A DNA stretch of 63,769 nucleotides, taken from contig CAZZNI010000001.1 of the NCBI GenBank assembly GCA_964655765.1, positions 1 through 63,769 on the forward strand, read 5' to 3'. The number at the start of each line of letters is the position of its first letter. The stretch's first letter is position 1. The stretch is from an uncultured Gammaproteobacteria bacterium (GTDB taxonomy: Bacteria; Patescibacteriota; Microgenomatia; PFEM01; CAYPPS01). The translations under genes and the position numbers were made by a program. The notes below the pieces were generated by a model that saw only the letters and a list, made by a program, of their open reading frames with translations, was not told the DNA's origin and did not search any database. Shown here one piece after another: positions 36,784-43,360 of this stretch.

Positions 36784-37914
36784 ATGTATGCTCGAATAAT
36801 TTCTTTTAAAAACCTGCTTGAGTCTTACTACCGGGCGCGAAGAAATAAAAGATCAAAAAGAAAATTACAAAAGATTGAAGTCAATTTTGAAAACCGACTA
36901 ATCGACATCAAAAAACAACTAGAAAAGGGCTCTTATCAACCAAAACCATACCATCAATTTTTAGTCCATGAGCCCAAAGCCAGGCAAATCAGCGCTCCGG
37001 CGTTGATCGACCGCATTGTCCAACACGCTGTTGTTAATATAATCGAGCCCGTTTTTGATTGCCAGTTTCTGCCAAACACCTTTGCCTGCCGGAAAGGCAA
37101 GGGCCCTCATCTGTGTCTGCGCCAAGTTTCAGCCGTTTACAAAAAAATCAGCCGGACACACACCGTCTTTTACGCTTTAAAATGCGACATAAAAAATTAT
37201 TTTGCCAGTATTAACCATGCGATACTGGCGAAATTTTTGCTTCAATCAATTTCGTGCCCTAAAACGATCGCCCTATTAAAAACAATCATCAATTCTTATG
37301 AAAATTCGCCCGGGAAAGGTATCCCTATCGGTAACCTAACCTCACAGCTTTTTGCCAATATCTACCTTCACCCACTGGACATTTTCATAACCCAAAAACT
37401 TAAGGAGAAAAGCTATTTCCGTTACATGGATGATTTTGTCATTCTTTCGTTTAATAAAAAATATTTAATAGACTTACGCGGTAGGATCAAAGGCTTTCTT
37501 GAAGAAAACCTTAAACTTCAGCTTCACCCCCGTAAGTCAAATATTTTTCGGGCCGACCGGGGTCTGGACTTTGTCGGCTATATAATAAAGCCAAATGTTA
37601 CGCTGATGCGCAAAAAAACTCTGCGACGCTATAAAAAAAGACAAAAAAAGCGTCTAAAACGGCTCAAAAAATATAAAAAACAACTTAAAGATATCCGAGT
37701 ATCAACACAGCTTTCTTTGCTTGAAAATTATCAAAAAAACGGCCCAAAAGAGGAGCCTCTGAAAGAAAAAATTGAGGCTCTCAAAACAAAGTTAAGAACC
37801 TCCAGAAATTCTTTCAAAGGGTTCTTGCGGTTCTCAAAATACGAAAGATTAAAAACCGGCGGGGTAAAAGTGAACGGTATCATCATTCCCCAAATCTTCC
37901 CCAAAAAGAAATAA
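36784..37914 (+). CDS. DGR-type reverse transcriptase
   Basis: RT motifs are PKARQISAPALIDRIVQHAV, DIKNYFASINH, IPIGNLTSQLFANIYL (the DGR-typical xGxxxSQ), FRYMDDFVIL (YMDD) and LDFVGYII, plus a Lys/Arg-rich C-terminal tail. I chose the ATG at 36784 (MYARIISFKNLL). The ORF-track TTG at 36745 is an alternative. Confidence 0.92.
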   Translation: MYARIISFKNLLESYYRARRNKRSKRKLQKIEVNFENRLIDIKKQLEKGSYQPKPYHQFLVHEPKARQISAPALIDRIVQHAVVNIIEPVFDCQFLPNTFACRKGKGPHLCLRQVSAVYKKISRTHTVFYALKCDIKNYFASINHAILAKFLLQSISCPKTIALLKTIINSYENSPGKGIPIGNLTSQLFANIYLHPLDIFITQKLKEKSYFRYMDDFVILSFNKKYLIDLRGRIKGFLEENLKLQLHPRKSNIFRADRGLDFVGYIIKPNVTLMRKKTLRRYKKRQKKRLKRLKKYKKQLKDIRVSTQLSLLENYQKNGPKEEPLKEKIEALKTKLRTSRNSFKGFLRFSKYERLKTGGVKVNGIIIPQIFPKKK

Positions 37915-37916
37915 AA

Positions 37917-38255
37917 TTAATTTTTGTTTGACCTGGTCCAAGCTGTCAACAATTTACCAATTTCATTAATTTTTTCCGCCACGATTGCGTATTTTTTAAT
38001 CGATAAAAAATTAGTGTCTTTGGCAATGCGGACATAAATCCGAAATAAATCTAGGTTGACTGAAATTTGTTTTTGTTCTTGAGCTCGGTCGGGTTTGCTA
38101 TTAGCGATAATGGCTAGCTTAATCATCTCTATATTGGTTTGCAAAAGATAGTTGGACAACAAAAACCGCTGGCTTTTGGGAAACCCGGCAACCATACGGT
38201 GGGTATATAAATACAAATCGTAAAGCTTTTGGAAAATAATCAACTGGTCAATCAT
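37917..38255 (-). CDS. avd: Avd-like accessory variability determinant (four-helix-bundle / 23S rRNA IVS protein family)
   Basis: 112 aa, all-helical. IFQKLYDLYLYTHRMVAGFPKSQRFLLSNYLLQTNIEMIKLAII matches the four-helix-bundle family consensus (FPK..r..L...l). It lies between the VR and the RT. Confidence 0.8.
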   Translation of the reverse strand: MIDQLIIFQKLYDLYLYTHRMVAGFPKSQRFLLSNYLLQTNIEMIKLAIIANSKPDRAQEQKQISVNLDLFRIYVRIAKDTNFLSIKKYAIVAEKINEIGKLLTAWTRSNKN

Positions 38256-38275
38256 TTTTTTAAGACTTGCCGCCG

Positions 38276-38295
38276 GCCCCGAAGGACTTCGGGGC
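38276..38295 (-). other. GC-rich hairpin/cruciform downstream of the VR (candidate DGR target-recognition structure)
   Basis: gccccgaag-ga-cttcggggc is a perfect 9-bp inverted repeat (effectively an 8-bp stem with a 4-nt loop). It lies 31 nt beyond the VR 3' end. Neither strand has a flanking U-run, and the element is absent downstream of the TR. Confidence 0.55.
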
Positions 38296-38326
38296 AGATA
38301 TCTTAAGATAATTCGATAGCTACATA

Positions 38327-38466
38327 AAATTACTTACGGGGCAACGCCGCACCGGAAGCCAAGCGGGCGCCCCCTGAGGAGCTCGGAGCAAAGTGCAAAA
38401 GGAGAGCGAAGACCCCGGCACCGGAACTGCTACCCCAATAGGCGCCCCGTAGAAAGGCGTAAGGGC
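38327..38466 (-). repeat. DGR variable repeat (VR), forming the 3' end of the target gene
   Basis: 140 nt. The reverse complement aligns with the TR with differences at 19-20 TR adenines, one C->G (TR 36580) and a 1-nt deletion (TR 36563/36564). Confidence 0.92.
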
Positions 38467-40699
38467 CGCCCGAAGCCGACCCCTGATAATACTGACCAAC
38501 TCTTTGACTGGAGCTCCAAGCGCTATTGGAGGCCTTTAGTTGGTCAAAGCTTAAAGTGCCGTAAGAGGAAACGGCAGTCCATTCCACCCAAGCACTGGGG
38601 TTGCCGACCGGTTTGTCGGCACCATAAATCGTATTGTCAGTCCATCCCCAGAGGTTGCCGGCCAAATCCCAGATAACTTCACCGTTGCTAAGATAATGAG
38701 TTCGTCTTTGGGTGGCGCCAGTACCGCAAGTAGGGTCAACATCTTTGGTGACCGTGCCGTAACAGCCTTTAGTATCATCAGTTGAAGCTTGGAGCCCCAA
38801 AGCCGGGCCATTATCATTGTGGCCGGCAACCAAATATTGACTACCCGGGCTGTTGCCGCAACCAGTGCCGTTTAGGGCGCACCAATTAGATCCCTGCCGT
38901 TCGACATTTCTGGCAATGGTCATCCACTCGTTGTTAGTGATCAGGTGGCCACCGATTGACTGGCAGTAGGTAATGGCGTCAACTCCACTACCGTCAGCGT
39001 CTTGAGCTATTCTGGCGATGGGAGCACCAGCCGCAGAGGAGACAATTTGGCCACCTTTGTCCTCGACACACCGGCACCCGGATAGAATATTTCCCCAAGT
39101 ATCATAGGCAGTGTTGCATGAAGCATGAGCTCCGTCAGCAGTTTCTCCTATTCCATCGCCATCAACATCACATTTGGCTTCGTATTTCATGACACAAAAG
39201 TCACCGGTACCGTAGAGCGGATCGCCAGGGATATGGATAAAGCCGGTGGGGCAAGCGGTTTGAGCATTAGCCGGTGACAACACTTGGGACTCACCGAATT
39301 TGACCGCCCCGCCAAGCAGGTCAACATAAATTTCAAAAAGAGTCCGGTGGTAAGGATAAAGTAAAAGATCATCCATTTTGCCGGCAAAGTAGTTTGGGGT
39401 GGATCCCGCCCGGCCGATAAAAACAGCACCGTCCGTTACCGTCCAAAGTGCCAGCGCCGGGGAAGAAACCAGCCTGCCGTCGACATAAAAACTGGCATTG
39501 TCACCATCGTAGGAAACAGCCACATGTGTCCACTCATCGGTAGAAATACCAGCGCCAGATGAGGTGACGGTGCTGCCGCCAAGAGGCCCAAAAATGAGCT
39601 CGCCGCCGCTGGTCAGCTGAAAGGTGTAACCGTTGGTGTGGGGTTGGGAAACCAGGGCGTAATTGCCAAGCGAAGAAACATAAATCCAAACGGAAATGGT
39701 AATGGCGCCGCCCAGTTGAAAACGGTCATGATTACCCAGATCAACATAATCATCCGAGCCATCGAACAACAGAGCGTAATTGTTGTTGCCCGTCGCCCAT
39801 TGGCTGTTATCGGCAGGAAAATTGACCAAAGCCGCCCGGCTGTAATTGGGAGAATTATTCATTGTTTGTGCCCCCGAACCGTCATCAAAATTCATTTCCG
39901 CTACCGGTTTACCCCTTTCCATTGAATAGGCCAGCGAACCTTCGCTGCGACTGCCGGACAACAACCTAACCTCGTCGACAGACCCGTCTAAAAAATCAGC
40001 GTAAGTGGAAGCACCGGTTTTGGTTGATCCCAGATAAAAATTAGCGGCCGTGTCGGCAATTGAAGTCCCCACCGAAGTGGCAGTCCCCTCCCGAACACCG
40101 TTGATATAGATGTAAATGTTTCCCGGGCTGTCGACGTTATAATAACCCTGAAAAAGATACCATTGGTTAGCTAAAATTTGGGTTTTGCCGGTAGCGGTTT
40201 TAATGGCCGCGGCAGTACCGTCAGGGGAAACTTGGAACTTAGGCCAGGCCCGGCCATCGGCGTCAGTTTGTGTAATCAACCGATAGCTTCTAATATCGGT
40301 CGTTTCATCCCACTTGGCTAGCACTGTTTGAATGTTGTTTTCGGTAGACGAAACGGTATCAAATTTCACCCAAGCTTCAACCGAAAAACTACCGGTTTGA
40401 GAAAAATCGGCCGAATCATCGGCAACCCCATAATCGGTACTGCCGTTAAATTCAGCCCGACGGCCATATTTCCCCACTGTCTTAATACCGGCAGGTGAAC
40501 CCGACACCGCCGTCAAAGACAAATCATTTAATCCAACCCTGTCTTTAATGTTGACACCGCCGCCGGTTCCTTCAAAGTCATAATAAACCGTTGGCGTTTC
40601 CCAAACACTCCAGTCAGCTTCAACCGGACTAACGAAAAAAAATATCGGAACCAAAAATAATAGAAGTTTAAAACCAATGCTTTTTATGAAAGGTAACAT
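38330..40699 (-). CDS. DGR target protein: secreted, two LamG/concanavalin-A-like lectin domains plus a C-terminal FGE-sulfatase/C-type-lectin-fold domain carrying the VR
   Basis: Signal peptide (LLLFLVPIFFFVSPVEA|DW). LamG-type blocks are FNGSTDYG...FSVEAWVKF...IYINGV...DEVRLL and FDGSDDYVDLGN...WTHVAVSYDG...FYVDGRLV...GKMDDLLLY. The FGE/CLec block is AGNLWGWTDN...YAFLRGAYWGSSS. The gene is markedly GC-richer than its neighbours. Confidence 0.88.
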   Translation of the reverse strand: MLPFIKSIGFKLLLFLVPIFFFVSPVEADWSVWETPTVYYDFEGTGGGVNIKDRVGLNDLSLTAVSGSPAGIKTVGKYGRRAEFNGSTDYGVADDSADFSQTGSFSVEAWVKFDTVSSTENNIQTVLAKWDETTDIRSYRLITQTDADGRAWPKFQVSPDGTAAAIKTATGKTQILANQWYLFQGYYNVDSPGNIYIYINGVREGTATSVGTSIADTAANFYLGSTKTGASTYADFLDGSVDEVRLLSGSRSEGSLAYSMERGKPVAEMNFDDGSGAQTMNNSPNYSRAALVNFPADNSQWATGNNNYALLFDGSDDYVDLGNHDRFQLGGAITISVWIYVSSLGNYALVSQPHTNGYTFQLTSGGELIFGPLGGSTVTSSGAGISTDEWTHVAVSYDGDNASFYVDGRLVSSPALALWTVTDGAVFIGRAGSTPNYFAGKMDDLLLYPYHRTLFEIYVDLLGGAVKFGESQVLSPANAQTACPTGFIHIPGDPLYGTGDFCVMKYEAKCDVDGDGIGETADGAHASCNTAYDTWGNILSGCRCVEDKGGQIVSSAAGAPIARIAQDADGSGVDAITYCQSIGGHLITNNEWMTIARNVERQGSNWCALNGTGCGNSPGSQYLVAGHNDNGPALGLQASTDDTKGCYGTVTKDVDPTCGTGATQRRTHYLSNGEVIWDLAGNLWGWTDNTIYGADKPVGNPSAWVEWTAVSSYGTLSFDQLKASNSAWSSSQRVGQYYQGSASGGPYAFLRGAYWGSSSGAGVFALLLHFAPSSSGGARLASGAALPRK

Positions 40700-40723
40700 A
40701 ACTGATTAAGAATATATCTCATC

Positions 40724-40885
40724 TTGGGTCTTGGGGCAAGAAGTGAAGCTGAGGAAGAAAATTATTATTCTAAGATACCAAAAAAGACAAAAGGCTCTTG
40801 GGCCGGTGATAACTGGCCAGAAATTGAAAAACAAAGAGAAAAAACAGAACAAAAAGCGGCTCAAAAAAGAAAAGAGGCATGGTAG
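40724..40885 (+). CDS. Possible short antitoxin partner of the PIN toxin (tentative; non-ATG start)
   Basis: An open frame from TTG 40724 to TAG 40883-40885 ends ...KGSWAGDNWPEIEKQREKTEQKAAQKRKEAW*. It overlaps the PIN start by 7 nt (40879-40885; toxin ATG at 40879-40881, antitoxin TAG stop at 40883-40885). There is no ATG and no recognisable DNA-binding fold. Confidence 0.25.
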   Translation: MGLGARSEAEEENYYSKIPKKTKGSWAGDNWPEIEKQREKTEQKAAQKRKEAW

Positions 40886-41268
40886 TCTTAGACACAAATA
40901 TCATTATTGACCACCTGCGTCAAAATCAAAACAAAGAAACCACTTTGGCCAGTCTGGCCAAAAAACATGGTCAAGAAACACTTGCTCTTTCAATTATAAG
41001 TGTTCAAGAACTTTATAGTGGTAAAAGTACTGAAATTAAAGAAAAAGAAAAGGATTTACTAACAACAATCGGTCCGCTAAAGATCCTTCCCTTCGATTTT
41101 GAAATCGCTCAACTCGGCGGGAAAATCACTCGAAACAAAAAGGGTTATCTTATTGGTTTAGCTGATGCTGCTATCGCCGCTACCACGATTGTTAATAAAG
41201 CTCAACTATTAACCTTAAACAAAAAGCATTTTCAAGGAATAAAAGGGCTTAAACTTCTGAAAATCTAA
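40879..41268 (+). CDS. vapC: PIN-domain ribonuclease toxin (VapC family)
   Basis: The MVVLDTNIIIDHL N-terminal acidic motif, an internal SVQELYSG, and GLADAAIAATTIVN...LLTLNKKHF are typical of VapC. Confidence 0.8.
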   Translation: MVVLDTNIIIDHLRQNQNKETTLASLAKKHGQETLALSIISVQELYSGKSTEIKEKEKDLLTTIGPLKILPFDFEIAQLGGKITRNKKGYLIGLADAAIAATTIVNKAQLLTLNKKHFQGIKGLKLLKI

Positions 41269-41277
41269 AAGACGGTG

Positions 41278-42912
41278 TTACATCTGAGGCATGCCGCCCA
41301 TACCGCCCATCGACGGGGCTGGGTTGTTCTTTTCTTCTTCCGGGTGATCTGCGACCAAACACTCAGTTGTCAATATCATCGTCGCCGCCGAAACCGCATT
41401 TTGAAGCGCACTTCGAGTAACTTTGGCCGGATCAATAATACCGGCTTCAATCATGTCAACATACTTTTGGCTTAACACATCAAAGCCAATATTTTTACCT
41501 TTATTGCTCCTAATCCCAGCAATTACGACACCACCGTCTGCACCAGCGTTTTGAGCCAGTAATCTTGATGGTGCTTCCAGTGCTTTTTTCAATAACAACG
41601 CCCCGGTCAACTGGTCGCCTTCTAGCTCTTTTGTCTCGATTTGATCGGCCGCTTTAAGCAAAGTTGTTCCTCCGCCAGGGACAATGCCTTCTTCAATTGC
41701 CGCTTTGGTGGCCGCCACTGCATCCTTAACCCTCTCCTGGGTTTCTTTCATTTCCGTTTCGGTTGCCGCTCCGACTTCGATCACCGCTACGCCACCGGTT
41801 AATTTAGCCAGTCTTTCTTCCAATTTCTCGCGGTCAAACTCAGAATCAGTTTTTTCCAATTCATGGCGGATCTGTTTAATGCGGGCTTCAATTGCTGTCT
41901 TATCACCCTTACCCCCAACAATAATGGTTTTATCTTTATCAGCAACTACCCGGCCTGCTTGGCCCAAATCGTTAACTGTCACTTCTTCCAATTTTCTACC
42001 TAAATCCTGGGAAATAACCGTTCCACCGGTTAAAGCGGCAATGTCGGCCAAGCTCTCTTTGCGCCGGTCGCCAAAACCGGGGGCTTCTACCGCCAAAACA
42101 TTAAAAGTACCTCGCAATTTATTAACCACTAAAGTTGCCAATGCCTCACCCTCAATTTCTTCGCCAATAATAACTAGATTCTTGGAAACTTTAACCAGAT
42201 TCTCCAAAAACGGTAGCATTTCCTGAATTGAAGAAATCTTTTTGTCGGTTAACAAAATATAGGCATCTTCAATTACCGCTTCCATGGTATCGGGATTAGT
42301 CACAAAATAGGGGGAAGAATAACCCTTGTCAAACTCCATCCCTTCACGATAATCAATCACCAGCTCCAAGCCCTTGCCTTCTTCAACAGTGACAACTCCG
42401 TCAGTGCCAACTTTCCTTAACGCCTCGGCAATCTTACTGCCGATATTGGCATTTTGTGCCGACACGGTAGCAACTTGAACAATTTTATCTGAATCTTCTT
42501 TTATCACTTTGGCCTGACTCTTAATCGAGGCTAAGGCCTGCTTGCTGGCAATCTCGATTCCTTTGTTTAAGATCATCGGATTAGCACCAGCGGTAATGTT
42601 CTTTATCCCTTCCTCAACAATAGCCTGAGCCAGCACAGTTGCAGTAGTGGTACCGTCGCCAGTAACATCATTAGTTTTTTCCGCTGCTTCTTTGATTAAT
42701 TGCGCCCCCATATTTTCAAACGGATCTTTAAGCTCAATTTCTTTAGCAACAGAAACGCCATCATGAACAACCGTCGGCGCTCCCCATTTTTTATCAAGAG
42801 CAACATTTCGCCCCTTGGGACCCAAAGTTGTTCCAACGGCCTTAGCCACCGCGTCTAAACCCTTCTTGAGTTTTTTTCTGGCGTCTTCAGCGTAGATAAT
42901 GTCTTTGGCCAT
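41278..42912 (-). CDS. groEL: Chaperonin GroEL (Cpn60)
   Basis: [15 protein letters not shown]...GPKGRNV...[12 protein letters not shown]... with a C-terminal GGMGGM tail. Full length, 544 aa. Confidence 0.97.
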   Translation of the reverse strand: MAKDIIYAEDARKKLKKGLDAVAKAVGTTLGPKGRNVALDKKWGAPTVVHDGVSVAKEIELKDPFENMGAQLIKEAAEKTNDVTGDGTTTATVLAQAIVEEGIKNITAGANPMILNKGIEIASKQALASIKSQAKVIKEDSDKIVQVATVSAQNANIGSKIAEALRKVGTDGVVTVEEGKGLELVIDYREGMEFDKGYSSPYFVTNPDTMEAVIEDAYILLTDKKISSIQEMLPFLENLVKVSKNLVIIGEEIEGEALATLVVNKLRGTFNVLAVEAPGFGDRRKESLADIAALTGGTVISQDLGRKLEEVTVNDLGQAGRVVADKDKTIIVGGKGDKTAIEARIKQIRHELEKTDSEFDREKLEERLAKLTGGVAVIEVGAATETEMKETQERVKDAVAATKAAIEEGIVPGGGTTLLKAADQIETKELEGDQLTGALLLKKALEAPSRLLAQNAGADGGVVIAGIRSNKGKNIGFDVLSQKYVDMIEAGIIDPAKVTRSALQNAVSAATMILTTECLVADHPEEEKNNPAPSMGGMGGMPQM

Positions 42913-42918
42913 ATTGTT

Positions 42919-43227
42919 TTAACTTAAAACTGCTAATATATCTTCAAATTTAACAAAAATAAATTCTTTACCTAAAGAATCAAGCTTGATTTCGTCGCCG
43001 CCCCATTTTTTATAAATAACCATGTCACCAATTTTAACCTCTGGTTCAATTATTTTGCCTGATTTATCTTTTAAAGCCTTGCCAAGAGCAACAACTTTAC
43101 CTTTTTGTGATTTTTCATCATGATTGTCGGGAAGAACAATGCCGGAAGCGGTTTGTTTTTCTAATTCAACCGGTTCGATAAGGGCGTAACCACTTGTTGG
43201 TCTAATGTTTAGCTTACTGGCTGTCAT
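42919..43227 (-). CDS. groES: Co-chaperonin GroES (Cpn10)
   Basis: LNIRPTSGYALIEPVELEKQTASGIVLPD...GDMVIYKKWGG. I chose the start MTASK (43227), which gives a typical ~102-aa GroES. Confidence 0.9.
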   Translation of the reverse strand: MTASKLNIRPTSGYALIEPVELEKQTASGIVLPDNHDEKSQKGKVVALGKALKDKSGKIIEPEVKIGDMVIYKKWGGDEIKLDSLGKEFIFVKFEDILAVLS

Positions 43228-43253
43228 TTTTGATACACTACTTCGATAAAAAA

Positions 43254-43309
43254 AGTTATCACTCAAAGATAACTATTGCTAGTATACCCATCACTTTTTT
43301 GCTTGTCAA
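43254..43309 (-). promoter_or_regulatory. Near-consensus sigma70 promoter of groESL, followed by a 7-bp inverted repeat
   Basis: On the minus strand: TTGACA (43309-43304), a 17-nt spacer, TATACT (43286-43281), then AGTTATC-N7-GATAACT (43274-43254). Confidence 0.55.
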
Positions 43310-43360
43310 GAGGAAGACAAGAAACTTTTTAATTTGGCAAGCTACCAATAATGTCTTGGC

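Larger units (their letters stand above)
36460..40699. mobile_element. Diversity-generating retroelement (DGR) cassette: TR, RT, Avd, and target gene with VR
   Basis: All four canonical parts are present within 4.2 kb, and the TR/VR mismatches are adenine-specific (see the individual features). Confidence 0.93.

Noticed and set aside
36745-37914. The RT could be a retron or a group II intron maturase rather than a DGR RT.
   Set aside because: An adenine-mutated TR/VR pair and an Avd-like gene flank it. Motif 4 is the DGR-type xGxxxSQ, not QGxxxSP. I saw no intron RNA domains (the conserved domain V hairpin), no maturase X or endonuclease domain, and no msr/msd-like inverted repeats.
38276-38295. 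The GC-rich hairpin could be a Rho-independent terminator of the target gene.
   Set aside because: No U/T-run follows the stem on either strand, and avd lies immediately downstream on the same strand and is probably co-transcribed. I kept it as a candidate DGR cruciform instead.
40706-40897. A 63-aa minus-strand ORF between the DGR target and the PIN gene.
   Set aside because: Its Phe/Leu/Cys-rich translation is the shadow of an A/G-rich plus strand. It would overlap both the target-gene promoter region and the PIN start.
41684-42226. A 180-aa ORF on the + strand inside groEL.
   Set aside because: It is antisense to an unmistakable, full-length GroEL. Its Ser/Ala-rich low-complexity translation is typical of a shadow ORF. 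The same applies to 41275-41475.
43228-43360. A CIRCE (HrcA) operator upstream of groES.
   Set aside because: No TTAGCACTC-N9-GAGTGCTAA-like sequence is present. Only the unrelated AGTTATC-N7-GATAACT repeat was found.
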